Origin: Lepidodermella squamata
Lineage: Eukaryota; Animalia; Gastrotricha
Assembly (NCBI GenBank): GCA_047495785.1
Contig: JBLDXI010000036.1
Span: 186,001 to 250,000 of the forward strand
Length of the DNA: 64,000 nt
Direction: 5' to 3'
Shown here: in pieces, positions 22,112 to 34,902 of the stretch
Position numbering within the stretch: position 1 is the first letter of the stretch
Layout: each line of letters opens with the position of its first letter
Translations under genes and position numbers: made by a program
The notes under the pieces: model-generated
Seen by the model: the letters and a program-made list of their open reading frames with translations, nothing else
Databases searched by the model: none
What the model was told of the DNA's origin: nothing

Positions 22112-24858
22112 GATACCAACACATTTACCAACATCGTAAGTGAATTATGTTTCCGTTTTCATACTCACTGAACCTTTTCCCAGATGGATCCTATAATGGT
22201 TCGCGAGTTCGAAGCTCGAAACATTTCTCTCGTTTTCATGGACAGGTTCGGAGAGGAAGCAGATGATGAAGTCGAGATGAATTCAGTTTTCACGGCTTTG
22301 AAGAAGAAAAAGCCTAGAATCATTATGCTGGGGTTAGTGCGCAGTGCCCCCCTGCCCATCGCTTGCTACCTCCACAAATACGAGATGTACAGCCCAGCTT
22401 ACGTAATTTTCTCCTATGGCTGGACGTATTTCGACGAGTCGAATGACATTCCTGTCACAGTCTCAGTCACTGTCTTCATGGTTTTACTAAGAAAACGATC
22501 CTGAAAGTTCTACCGAGGTTCATTTTCTTTTCAAACGGATTCTTGGCCGATATTTTCGGTGATGATCTCAAGGAATCGCTCGGGGAAACTAAGGATTCGT
22601 TCCTAAACTATGTCCGCCAGGACGTGAATGATACCTCCACGGCTATTGGCTACGAATACTTCGTGCCTGTAATCTACGACCGGATTGTAATAGCTGGGCA
22701 TTTGCTGAATGAAACAGAAAATTACTTGAATTCACTCAATTCGACTTTGGCAGATTGGACGCTCGATTCCGAGAATTACAATCGAAACAGAACTTTCATG
22801 ATTGAGCTTTTCCGGAAAATGTCTGGAAAACTGTCTTTAAAGGGCAGAGCTTCTGCTTATTGCTCTTGGGTCTAACACTTCTTTTGTAGCTGTATCAGAG
22901 AAAATCGCTCTCGAGCTGAATCAGCACCGAAATTTTAAAATCCGTCATTTTATTGCTCGCGTCATGCTGTTTGCCCTCTTACCGCCATTGTTACTGGCCC
23001 TATCTATCGCCAACGCACCTTTCAAGCCGTTTCACTCAATTCGCGACGATGAGACTTCTCCGGCGAATGATCAATTTGTTGTTCACCAACTCTTGTATGT
23101 CGAGTGTAGCGTTGTCCCCTCACTAACGTACACGTCTCCGATTTCAGCAGCGCTAACTGTACTTGCTGGTCTGGGGTTCGTTTCGAATGTCATAACAGCA
23201 CTGCTATTAGCTTTCGTAGCTCGGTCTGTTGTGAGGAAGCGACACGCTGCGAAAACTCACCCCGCAGTGTTTCTGAGGCGGATCGCATCCGCTGTGTATG
23301 TCCTGGCTACGATCGTCGTAGCAGGCGTGGCTATAGGACTGCTTGTTAACCGCTCGAGCGCTAATCATTCTTGGTGCCATCATAAGTTTCCTGTTTGCCG
23401 TCATTAATAACGTCCTGATTTTGCTGAAGAAACTTAAAAAGCCCGTAAGATCGCGGGGTACGACCCCTTCACGCATTGAGGATGTACACGCTCAGCCTAA
23501 TGCTTTCAAGGCTCCGTCCTGCCCGAACAAAAATCCTCCTTTTGTAAACCAGCGTAGAACGGTGGATATTGATGTAGATCCATGTAAGCAGTTTCAAGAG
23601 TAATAAATATAAGCTGAATGTGGCTTTGTAAACTGATGTATTTACCGGTCAGCCACAAATCAACGGAAAACTACATCGCTTTACGCGCAATTACTTTAGC
23701 GTAGCCTAGCAGTCTGGTAAACCTTTCATGCTCACATCAATTTACATTGAATTACATGGCCTTGGCGACTTTTCAAATTTTGAGAGGCCAGACGTTAATT
23801 ACTTTATTACTTGGTATGCCTCAACTTGGAATCATTTTACCACTCCATTTCACAATTATTTTACCCTCATCCCTTTACGGATCTCAAGTCAACAGTCTAA
23901 GGCTGTGAGCTGAGCGAATTTTCCTACAACAGGCTCGCATTTATTACAGGTTAACAATTCTTTAGCAATTTACATGTCCCTAGTGTTCTGAAATCTCCGT
24001 ATTATCTATATATTTATTTCTCAGGTTGGATGGTGTCTGATAATCGACCATGCAATTCCAATCGCCGAAGATAAGCCCGCTTTCAGGTAAGGCTTGAGTG
24101 GTTTGATTGGTCCCTTTGCTTCTATGTTATACAATTTCAGCGTGTTTCCACAAACTATGGAAGAATTTGCATGCGATTTTGGCGTTGTGAACCGCGAATT
24201 CCCACTTAAGAACTTGGTCGCTGACTCCGCTTAAACTCAACCCTGTGATGGCTCTGCTGCGCACGGCAAGTCCGCTCTAATTCGCTCTTCTATACTACCC
24301 CGAGTTGCAAGCTATTGGAGGAATGGCAAAGGACGTTTTCTTATTATTGCTCTAATTTCTCATCTTCTAACTTCTTGCTCCCACGCGTGTTTAAAGCTGA
24401 TTCTCTTCGTTCTCGTTGTATCTCATGCGCTTCTTGACTGCTTAAACTTTCAATGCAATGCTTCCGTTTTCGTTAATTTTTGAATGCAATGGATTCAAGG
24501 ACTTGTGCATCGCTCGTACTTGAGCTTTTTGTTAAAAATAAAATTGCACTTTGAAATTTGATTGCCTTTTGTATATAGGTGTAAAGTCGTAGCAGTAGTA
24601 TATATGTAGTGTGGAATGGGAAGGTAAACCGGTGTAAATGGCAGGAAATGTAGAAGCCAGTAAACCGGGGTCGAAAGTAAATCAATGTAAAACGCAAGCA
24701 AATGTAAACCAGGGGTGCCAAATTCGCCAGTAAATACAGCGTTTTACTTGAGGCAGTTTTACTCGCGTTTACAGCGTTTTACAAGGCCGAAATTTTCGTT
24801 CGGGTGGGTAAGTCCTTCCCCTTTGAAACGCATTTACGCCCTACCAGATACGCACTAA
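22112..24858 (+). pseudogene. Class C (GABA-B-like) GPCR, copy 1: mid Venus-flytrap region plus TM3-TM7, frameshifted and TE-interrupted
   Basis: 48-nt intron 22136-22183; VFT-like ALKKKKPRIIMLGL...YVIFSYGW, YDRIVIAGHLLN; near-identical to copy 2 from IELFRKMSGKLSLKG onward apart from a deletion; last codons resume at 24805 after the insertion. Confidence 0.8.
23522..24804. mobile_element. Non-autonomous EnSpm/CMC-like element (1283 bp), 2-bp TSD TG
   Basis: TIR CCCGAAC(A/G)AAAAT; GTAAA/TTTAC subterminal motifs; the paralogous empty site at ~30947 reads TCCTGGATAAGTCC. Confidence 0.8.
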
Positions 24859-25407
24859 TTGATGCTGCAAATACCCCGTGACAATATTGGCAGTAAAACA
24901 TCTGACAGATCGAAATAACGGCCCCGAAATGTTGTGCGTGGTAAGCGGGAAGCGGCATCTTCAGAGGAGCATAATAAACGAGACGTTGCATGTTGCATGT
25001 GATTCCGGGTCTTTCGTTTCTCGTTTTTCCTCGGGAAAATTCTGGCTTCGGCAGAGCGAGAAAGATTTTCCCATTTAATCGGCAGGAGTTTTCGGGTGAT
25101 GAAGTCTTGAACTAGCTCTAATCGTTGCATTTCAAGATAGGCTTCAGAAGTGGACAACCGGAAATTTCATTCAATCCGTACTTACAGTCAGAATCAATCA
25201 AAGGTTACAAGCGAGTTTACCTAGCATTTATTTCCAAACGAAGAAACGATTCGGACGATGTTTATCTATTTTCGTATAGATGAAATAGTCTTTAATTCGA
25301 ACATTCAGTAAAGCGAATTTACATCATAACGAAACTATAAAAAGGTTCACAAGAGAGTGATTCAGCAGCTTAAAGTAAAAGTCAGCAGATTTGTTGTCAC
25401 GTCAGGT

Positions 25408-28400
25408 TCAGGGTTGAATGTATCCTTTGATCCAATCCAAGACTCGGCAAACCCTGGAATATATTCCAGACGAATTGGCCACGCCGCAAGAGTTACCATA
25501 GGAAACAATCCCTATCTGGTGATAAGGCCCAGTTCCGTCTCGCCTGCACATCAAAGGCCCGCCAGAGTCGCCAAGGCACGTATCGACGCCCTTAACCTCC
25601 GCTCCGGCACACATTTGGGCATCTGTTACCCTGTCATAGCCTCCTAAAATCTCGCAAGAGGCCGCCGAGGAAATTGTCAAGTTAACTTTTTTCAGAGTAT
25701 TAGACATGCGCTCGCCCCGTTCCGTCATACCCCAACCAGCGGCTGAAACTTGAACACAACTGTCGACACGTTGGTTATCTCTCGAGTACGTTCCGTCGCA
25801 CATTGACGAGTCGGGCAGGCATATCAAGCGAGCGGAACTTGTCAAGACGACCGGTGACTCTAGCTTAATCAGGGCGACATCGAAGTTGTAGTTGTCCGGT
25901 TTGCTGTAGTTAGGATGGATTATGAAGTTTCTCGATAAACGGCGAACATATTGGCTTGTTTCACTTTCACTGGAAAAATTGGTCCGGCCAATCTCCGCTA
26001 TTATCCCTACCAAGCCATTCCTGTTAACGGTCAAGCAATGGGCTGCGGTTAGGAGCCATGATGGAGAGATGATTGAAGCGCCACAGTACATGGGCCCGCT
26101 TTGTCCGGAATACGTAATTTCGAGTCTGGTCATCCACGGAAGTTCGCCAGGTTCAGCGTAAGCTCCGCCCATAATTTTTGGCGTCGCCCCGATTCCACAA
26201 GCGCTGTAGTCGACTTGAATTCACAATGTTATAAAGCGCGTTCCATAAGTTGCGCAACCATTTGTCATTTCGAAACTTTTCGAAGGTAATTGATCTAATT
26301 TTTCAAATTATCGAGGAAAACCTGAAAATCCCAGATAGTAACTGGTTCGATAATTTTCGGTTTTTACCTGATTGGATCAAATCTCTTAGAATTTCTTTAA
26401 TCCAATTTCCATGATTGCTATTCTCATGGCATTTCGAATTGCTGTCAGATATTTCTGGCTATAGACTAGATTAAAACGTTCCATATCATTTCAGAGTTTC
26501 TGTTTCCTTTTCCGTTCATTTCCTTCTCTTGCGTTACTTATGGAACTCGCCCTAGAACATGAAATGTCAGGTTCTCACCTTGTGCTCTTCCGCATCTCGG
26601 CAGTTCGTCGCTCCATTCACCATCCGCCTGACAAGTTGTTTCTGGGCTAGACTGCCGGGTGAAGGCATAGCCTGCCAGGCATTCAATCACGATAACGCTA
26701 CCAGTGGGGAGAGAAGTATCTGCTTGGACAATTCGTCCACTTGCTTTCAGCTTCAATAAAGAATTCGGTCTGCTGGGGACTGTGCAAGGCTCGCCGGTTG
26801 CCTAGTAGCCGTAAACAAATAGGCGTATGAAAACAAAGGACAATAGCTGTTAGCAGAAATTTATTTCACAATTCTGCTTCATTCTGCTTCATTCCAATTA
26901 TATATTAAATATACCCGCAACGTGGTATGGGGAAATTCTTGAAAAAAACGACGAAACAGCGCAAAACACTACACTGTTACACCCAAGCGTAACATATCGC
27001 GCAAGCATTAACGTAACTATTTTGTTGTTTGCGTGCTGCCGAAACGCTATCGAAGGACGAACCTAACCTCTAACCCTATCCCTAAATACATTTACGGGTA
27101 GACAGCAGACACTCCGAAACGTCTTGAATATAAAGAAATAGCAGAAATATTAGGTCCAACCGAGCAAAATACGGAAATTAACGAATAAGGTACAATCATA
27201 ATGCCTGGTTACAGGGGTTTCCCAGGTAAATTTATAATTTATTTGTTGAAATCGCAGTTTAAGCTCATAGCGAGCGAGGTTTTGCTGATGATGAAAATAG
27301 AATTCATGAATTTTCTTTATGCCGGACCTGATTTGTTATATTCATGTTGATAACAATTTATGTTGGAACTTACAGGTGCTTGCTGCCGTAAGACGCAAGA
27401 CCCAGGCTGAGACCATGTCAAGTTCGAGAGGCACGTTATCACCGCATTGCCTTGCAGCTGGAAATTTCTATCGCATGATATGTTTCGCGTAGCTCCGACG
27501 CTGGAGAGCCCAGAAGATACGGCGCCGATTCGTATCGTAGGTGGTTGACCGCAAACTTATAGAAAATTAATTCCTCAAGCGATCAACGCGAAATAAAAAA
27601 TAAGGTTAGGGATTAGAGATAGGTCGTTTTACGTGGACCATAGTGGAAAGTGGATAAAATTGACCTATGATTTCCGAACTCAAGAGCCGAGTCAACTGGG
27701 ATTTTTTGATGATTTCAACTGGTAAAGTCGAATTGCGATTAAAATGAGTCGTAAATATGTTCAGATCGTTAGAGCCTAGTTTAAAAAAGAAATGCGCGCA
27801 TTATTAACTTACTCATAGGGCTACTACATCTTCCATCAATTGCCGGGCGAAAAGGAGGTAAGCAGGTGGCGAAATTGATAGAGCCGGAGTAGTTATAACC
27901 TGCGTTGCATTTGACGATAACGGCGTCTCCTTTCACCACTGCAGTACTTGGGCTTAAAACTTCACCGGTATCAACCAATGTATCCGGGTCCGCTCGGCTG
28001 ACGTAGCCTGATTGAACGGCAGGTACGTAACATGACTGCTCAGGAGTATCCCTCGGTCGTGGTACATCAGTGTTCTCAGTGATCCAATCAAGTACCTTAC
28101 ATACTCTGCTGTAGATGCTAGGAACGTCGCCGTTGCACGAATCATCGCCGTTTGAAATTACGCCAAGCAGGTAAGTCTTCCTTGAAATCGAACACATGAG
28201 CGGACCCCCAGAATCTCCCATACAAACGTCACTGTTATTTGCTGCGCCTAAACACATCTTCGAGTCAGTGATGGTGACTGATTCCGAGCTGGCGCGTGAA
28301 TACTCCATCGAGCAATTTTGATATGACCGAACCTGAAGATCTAGCTTCCTCGGGATCTCAGATAATCTAGCTGAGATACAAAATTGACAAAAAATGTTTC

Positions 28401-28604
28401 GCTGTTGGTATTATATTAATACTTCGAGCGAAATGGCCCCAGCCGGCTGCAACCCCCGAGTCGCATCCGTCGATCAAATTCGCAGTTATCGCGTTGTTGC
28501 GGCACATTTTGTTCACATCTGGCAAACAAATTGGATTGATTCCCTGAGAAAATCTTGGTACAGGGCTTATCAGTCGCAAAAGCGATGGCTATGATAAGGC
28601 GCAT
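25408..28604 (-). pseudogene. Multidomain protease copy B, 5'-frameshifted (exons 28604-28423, 28370-27813, 27555-27374, 26801-26579, 26213-25408)
   Basis: Paralogous to copy A. A deletion fuses the signal peptide (MRLIIAIA) out of frame to LISPVPRFSQ. One CCP exon is missing. The C-terminal protease (K|IMGG, DTCLGDSGGP) is intact. Confidence 0.75.
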
Positions 28605-29441
28605 TGTAAAATTCGCCTGTGCTACAGCGTGCAACAAAAATAAGATGATGCATTAATACCTCTGTTGTGAATTTCGTGTACACCATGCGTAAAATCTCCA
28701 ACTAGTAATGTTTTCTCCTTTTTCATTCACGTTTTCTATACTTGTGCAATACACAGATGCAGCTTTCACCATCGTGTGTAGAATCTTTTTACAATGCTGA
28801 GATGATGGGTTTTTGTGTGGGTAACATTTAAAGGCTGTTAAAAACATCCGGAATAATAAAAAATTAATACCGCATTGCTGCAAATACTAACCCAAGCTTA
28901 TGCTAAGTTGGATGGCTGAAAATCACCCAAACTGGCATTCTATTCGAGGGTGGGGTTATTCAACTAGAGCTCCAGAAATTTTCAATGACTTCCAAAGGGG
29001 AATACCCAACCTCGTAAACGTTGATCACCCGTTTCAACCTCATAGCTGAAATTCGAAAACATCAAAATTCATCAACATAATAACACCATAGTCGATGGAA
29101 ACTTTTTCTGCTACAAAATGGCATTCAACTCTACAGAAAAGCATTCAAGCGAGTTAGATCTGGGGGAGGGCAAAATTTCCTGTTTTTTTGCGCCCACGGA
29201 AGTGCATTTTCTTGTCACAATTATATTTTTATTTTTAAACTTGAATGACGAGTTGTCGTAAAACATGGCGAGGCGGGGAATAGCCTGCATAATGTCCTGT
29301 TATCTTGGGCCCTCATGCAATCACCCAAGGGAGTGAATTTTCGAGTGACAGTTGTTTCCGGATTTCCTATCGCAAATGGAATAATGAAAGGTCCAGTAAT
29401 TCATTTGACATTTCGCTCGTTGCTCATTTTCGCTAAAAAGA

Positions 29442-31010
29442 ATGTCAACGTTGAGCTTTATTTTATTGCTAATGATTTCATTTGCTCCCATCATCGCAGC
29501 CCAAAATCTGAAGATGGAGGTAGTTCCCATAACAACACCAATGCCATCAACAATGACCGTAGCCACATGGCGAAACCTAAGCGCAAACCTACCATTGACG
29601 AGGCCGAAAGTATTAAGGGTGCTCACGTCGCTAATGTATTCAGGCGGCAATCCCCTTGGTCCGATCGGCGTTCTAGCTCAAAGGCTTGCTGTCGAGAAGC
29701 TCGCCAGTATGCCAAACTGGTTGCCGGGGTACAACCTGCAATTCGACTTGATCGACGACCGCTGCGAAGACACAGCTTCGATGGTTGAGCTTTTCCGGAA
29801 AATGTCTGGAAAACTGTCTTTGAAGGGCATCAAAGGCGAATGGAGTTACGATCCGAAAGTCGATCTCCCCACAGGTTACATGCCAATCATTTTCACTCAG
29901 TCTGTAGTCGAAAAAGGTCGCGGCAAGTCTGTAAATGTTGGCCATTACATTTCAAAAAGAGCCAGTGGCAAAATGACAATCTACGACGGGAAAATTAATT
30001 GGTACACCGAAGATGGGTCCCCACCCAAGGATAGGCTAATAAATCTGATTCTTAACATGCCTATGGTTACGTTAACAACTAACATCAGTCTGCTTTCGTT
30101 TGGAGCAGCTTTTTCTGTTCTGTTGATCTCACAACTGGTTTATGCCCTGGCCAGATCGAAGTACGGCGTTTTTATAGAGACTGTCTTCCTAACAGGAAGT
30201 TTGATCGCGGTTGCCCACGTTTTCGCAATACCTATAGGATTTCTCCAGAATCCTTGCCCGAATATCGCTGCAATGATTCTGCTTATTGCTCTTGGGTCTA
30301 ACACTTCTTTTGTAGCTGTATCCGAGAAAATCGCTCTCGAGCTGAATCAGCAGCGAAATTTTAAAATCCGTCATTTTATTGCTCGCGTCATTCTGTTTGC
30401 CCTCCTACCGCCATTGTTACTGGCCCTATCTATCGCCAACGCACCTTTCAAGCCGTTTCACTCAATTCGCGACGATGATTATTCCCCGGCGAATGATCAA
30501 TTTGTTGTTCATCAACTTTTGTATGTGGAGTGTAGCGTTGTCCCCTCACTAACGTACACATCTCAGATTTCAGCAGCGCTAACTGCAGTTGCTGGTCTGG
30601 GGTTCGTTTCGAATGTCATAAGAGCACTGCTTTTAGCTTTTATCGCCCGGTCTGTTGTGAGGAAGCGACGCGTTGCGAGGACTCACCCCGCAGCGTTTCT
30701 GAGGCGAATCGCATCCGCTGTGTATGTCCTGGCTACGATCGTCGTCGCAGGCGTGGCAATAGGACTGCTTGTTAGCCGCTCGAGTCAAGCTCTAATCATT
30801 CTTGGTGCCATCATAAGTCTTCTGTTCGCCGTTATTAATAATATCCTGATTTTGCTGATGAAACTCAAAAAGCCCGTCAGATCGCGGGGTACGACTCCAT
30901 CGCGCATTGAGGATGTATATGCTCAGCCTAATGGTTTCAAGGCACCATCCTGGATAAGTCCTTCCCCTTTGAGACGCATTTACGTCCCACCAGTTGCGCA
31001 CGAATTGTAG
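29442..31010 (+). CDS. Divergent class C (GABA-B-like) 7TM receptor, copy 2, with an internally deleted Venus-flytrap domain (522 aa)
   Basis: Signal peptide; AQRLAVEKL..MPNWLPGYNLQF..IDDRC (VFT start); GIKG.WSYD and W...SPPKD (VFT end); seven hydrophobic segments; uninterrupted ORF. Confidence 0.75.
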   Translation: MSTLSFILLLMISFAPIIAAQNLKMEVVPITTPMPSTMTVATWRNLSANLPLTRPKVLRVLTSLMYSGGNPLGPIGVLAQRLAVEKLASMPNWLPGYNLQFDLIDDRCEDTASMVELFRKMSGKLSLKGIKGEWSYDPKVDLPTGYMPIIFTQSVVEKGRGKSVNVGHYISKRASGKMTIYDGKINWYTEDGSPPKDRLINLILNMPMVTLTTNISLLSFGAAFSVLLISQLVYALARSKYGVFIETVFLTGSLIAVAHVFAIPIGFLQNPCPNIAAMILLIALGSNTSFVAVSEKIALELNQQRNFKIRHFIARVILFALLPPLLLALSIANAPFKPFHSIRDDDYSPANDQFVVHQLLYVECSVVPSLTYTSQISAALTAVAGLGFVSNVIRALLLAFIARSVVRKRRVARTHPAAFLRRIASAVYVLATIVVAGVAIGLLVSRSSQALIILGAIISLLFAVINNILILLMKLKKPVRSRGTTPSRIEDVYAQPNGFKAPSWISPSPLRRIYVPPVAHEL

Positions 31011-31214
31011 CTTGTAAAAAAGATCTAAAGATCAAGATTTCCGTGACGAGACTAGCAGTAAAATATCTGATTCGGGTCTTTTCTTTTATTGAAAATCAAA
31101 CGAGTGATTCGCCAAGTATTGCACACTCTATGGTGCGTAATGCGTAACACCCATTTGCAATCGACAAAAAACCGTGAACAAGAGCCGGAATCAGATATCA
31201 CGGATTCCGGCCAC

Positions 31215-31360
31215 CACCTAACTCTAGCCCCAGCCCCATCCCTAGCCCTAACCCTAAACCCTAACAATATCCCTAGCCCTTAAACCTAGCCTTACCCCAA
31301 CTCCAAACCCTAACCCTAAGCCAAACTTGACTTTAACCCTAGACCATAACCCTAACGACC
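31215..31360. repeat. Degenerate (TAACCC)n-like tract
   Basis: cctaaccctaaaccctaac-type units; similar tracts at ~8120, ~27060 and 40010-40470. Confidence 0.6.
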
Positions 31361-31959
31361 CCAAAGTGAAGAGTGAAGAGGTCTCAATACAATCGTCAAT
31401 ACAATCTATTGCGAAAGCTATAAAAAAAACTATTCCGCTTAAGAAAACAGCAAAACGAAATGCGTCTGGTATTACTCAGAACAGAAATCTAAAGAAACAT
31501 TCCCAGAAAGAATGTTTATCAGATCATGCTGCTTCAAAGATTTGATACCGAGCAATTTCTAATCACGTCACTTCAGTAATCAGCAAGTACACTAGTAATA
31601 CGTCTCGCTCATGATAGTACTTGCCCAGCTATCACAGGGATAACTCGAGAGCAAGTGGGTTTCTTTATCGAAATCACGCTCTAGCAGGACGCAGCCCTCA
31701 GCCATCCAATCTGCTGCCTTTGTACGTGTACACGGAACCGTCGGTCCACTTTAGCGTCCCATCTGCTAACTGAGTCAGTACTATTCAAGCTCGATAAAGT
31801 CCCTGGGCCTTAGCAGCTAGCTTAGCTCGAGTCATTTCAATATCCGGTTTCATCATCGCCAATCGGCAGTTTTGATTAGCGCACAACTGAGCAGCGGGAG
31901 ATTGCTGCCAACTGCCACAAGGCGAGAATAAATTGTATAAATCAACATTAAATTTCCTA

Positions 31960-33512
31960 ATTCTTACTTCACGTTTTCTCCATCGTCCCTTTCCGAGTAG
32001 AAGAAAAAGCGTTCAAGTGCTTTTGGCAGCTCACCAAATCTGGATAAACATCAGAAGGTGGGAAGCAAGTTTCGCCACACCCGATCCACTGGCTGCTTCC
32101 CATCGGAAGTAACTGAAAAATTTCCAGAAAATTAAAAAGTATAAGTAAGTCTGAGGTCTGAGTGTTTTAATAGAATAGAGCTTAATTAATTATTTGATGC
32201 AAATAGGAAGAACGTTAATTCGATTTTTTCAGGTATTCCAAATTTACTCAGCCTTCCTTACAAGCAGCAAAATTGTTGAATTTCGTCTCGTCGTCCCATT
32301 ATACACGTGCCGTAAAAAATACTGCAATATATACTTCCAGAGAAGTGCTTCAGTAGGCTTCATACCGTGTTCGCTCCGATTCTAGGACGCACAGGCATTC
32401 TTCGTGCTATCAAGACATTCTATGTGTTTGCCCTGTAACATTATATTTGAATATAAATTCAAGAGAATTTTTGTATTCCTCACCTGAAGTAAATGATGGC
32501 AATCACTGAACGATTCTGAAACTGGAGAGTCCGAGGCTCCAACGCCACGTCCAACCTAACGTCATCCAAATTCTATATTCAACAAGTTTAACAACCAATC
32601 TTACTTCATATTTTCCGCCTCCTGTTGGGCAATTATCTCTACAGGTTCTACCGTTTGCCGCGTCATAGCTCACGCGAATATGCTGAAAAAAATCGAAGAA
32701 ATGATTCATATTACTCCTTGCTCGCAGGTCTCTTTGGTGAGGTAAACAGTTGGGCTAAGAGTCTGAAAGGCGATCAAATATGGTAATTGTTATCGCTTTC
32801 AGCCGGAGCTTTTGTGCAGCCTTTGAAAGACGGACCCGAGCAGTCCAAGCAGCGGCGATGCGGATACATTTCAGGCGGAGCTCAATCCGAATAATTTAGA
32901 ATAGATGTTTGAACTATAACCCGAATTGCATTCGTAAAAGGTTTTGAACGTAGCTCCTGTGATTGTCCCATCAGAACACGAGTCACAAATCGAAACTGAT
33001 AAACATTTTATTGACGGAGAGCTTGTGAGGTTTCTAATTAGTTTTAAACAGTTTTACAAAGCCTGCATTCACTTTTTTGCCCAAGTTCTATTTTCTAACC
33101 AGACAGGCAATCGGCGTAGTTGCTAGCCTAGTCGGTTTTCGACTAGTAGTCGAAGACTGAATTATGAAAAACATTTTCATTCACGACTTTTCAGAACTGT
33201 TTTATTTTTGTCCGGCAAACCAAGCCTTTCGACGAGGAGCAAATCGCTAAAGGCTGTGAAATTTCGCCAATTTATCACACAAATGAATCTAAGCATGAAC
33301 CAAACTAGCTCCACTGAGGCAGTGAGCTTTGCCGATGTAAGTGCCAAGGCTGTAGGACTAGAGGAAACTGAACAATAGGAATGAAGTTGCTGCTTGTTTC
33401 TTCACTTCATACCTGAGTTGAATTGCAGGCTTCAGACTGACAGACGACGAACGACCGGTCGCTTTGTAGGAAGTGATAGTGAATTATCAGCGTTATTGCG
33501 TTTGACTGTAAA
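31960..33512 (-). pseudogene. Decayed paralogue of the 4-Cys micro-exon gene (exons 7-19 homologues plus a possible extra module)
   Basis: FLQSDRSFVVCQSEACNSTQ, SYSLGTYIGKAHCLSG, TITGATFKTFYECNSG, MYPHRRCL, TLSPTVYLTKETCEQG, HIRVSYD...CPTGGGKYE, GKHIECL match exons of 60684-63170; lost cysteines, stops and frameshifts. Confidence 0.75.
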
Positions 33513-33949
33513 CGATTTAACAAAATATTAAAAAATAAATTCAAATCAACTAGCTTAGTCTATTGAGGCCAGTATATTGTTGTTGCTAAACATGAGAAAT
33601 CATATTTGCTTCGAAAGCACCTGTTTTCCAAAGTCTGTTGGAGCAATTCAACTACTTCTAGAGGCTTGTTTTGTTGAATTTTATGACCAACTGGGCCCTC
33701 TGCGGTTTTTCAGGTTTATTTCACTCCGGCCTTGCGAACTGTTATTTGCACTCATTTATTTTTTCACTGTTTTTAGAATGAATGAGTGCAACATTTGCGA
33801 TATTTTTTGTTATTAAAATCGCGTGTCTTGCGCCTTATTTGCGGTCATTTTTACGAAGCCATGCGATCTCAGCTAAATTTCGAAACTGAATAACAAGCTT
33901 TATTTTTTGTTTCAATTCGTTCATTTCCACTATATAAAACTTTTAATAA

Positions 33950-34090
33950 ATGTACACGTTACTGCGAGTTATTCTAAGCCTCAGCTTAACAGGCGTGGCT
34001 TATTCAGCCGATTATAGACGCTGCTATTCCCGGCTGAATGATAGCTTCACCGGCTGTAAAGCAGCCTGTTCTTTTTTAAACGAAGTTCAG
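33950..34090 (+). pseudogene. Isolated exon 1 of a 4-Cys micro-exon paralogue, with TATA box at 33931
   Basis: MYTLLRVILSLSLTGVAYSADYRRCYSRLNDSFTGCKAACSFLNEVQ, 141 nt, same length as exon 1 at 60684; GC donor; MITE end 26 bp downstream (34117). Confidence 0.75.
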
Positions 34091-34902
34091 GCAAGTAATC
34101 ATGCTATCTGTTGATTCAGGGTGCAAAGTACAAGGGTGCTGGGGTGTCGCGACACCCCGCCTGCTCCGGGACTCCAACCACAGCTGACAGCTAGGAGAAT
34201 GGGACTTGGATTTTTGAAATCCCCAACTCACGACGGATCGTTTTATATAAAAATTTGTCGCACAATAATATAGAAAAATGTTGAAAAAATGGTAAAGGAT
34301 ATTATTGTGCGACCTGGCTTAGGATCGCTAGTCGCTTTCATTGCGCTTACACGGCTTATTTTGCGTTACATATAAGCCTGAGTAAAAAAACCTATTTTCG
34401 GGACTATTGCTGTCAGCGCACAAAACATTAGATTGAGTCGTTCATCTTAGAAAAAAGCATATCGGAACTATGTACGAATAGACATTCCGTTTTTTCTAAT
34501 GCATAATGATTTTCTGATTTTATTCAGCTGATGCACGCAAAAATAGTTCATATTTATATTTCATAACCACATGCCAGCATTTTAACTACAGGATGACACG
34601 AAAAATAGCGAGAAAAAATTATGGTAAAGAGTTGTTGAACTCAATACCAACAGACAAGTTGTGTCTATGAGCCGAGTGATCTTATCTGAAAAACAGACAG
34701 CATTGAAATAAGTTCAAATTGCGCGGAAATTATGGAACCTGCCGGGGTGAATTACCGATATATATATATATAATAAATTCAGTGTAGATTTAGATGCAAT
34801 GTCTCATTGATTTAGAAAGAAATGATAGAAAAAGTACATATCAATGAGGAAATCACTCGACAGAAGTCTCACAAACGGCGTATACTTGCTCATTTCCAAG
34901 CA

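Noticed and set aside
24855-25157. 100-aa minus-strand ORF
   Set aside because: Non-ATG start, no recognisable motif, lies at a duplication junction.
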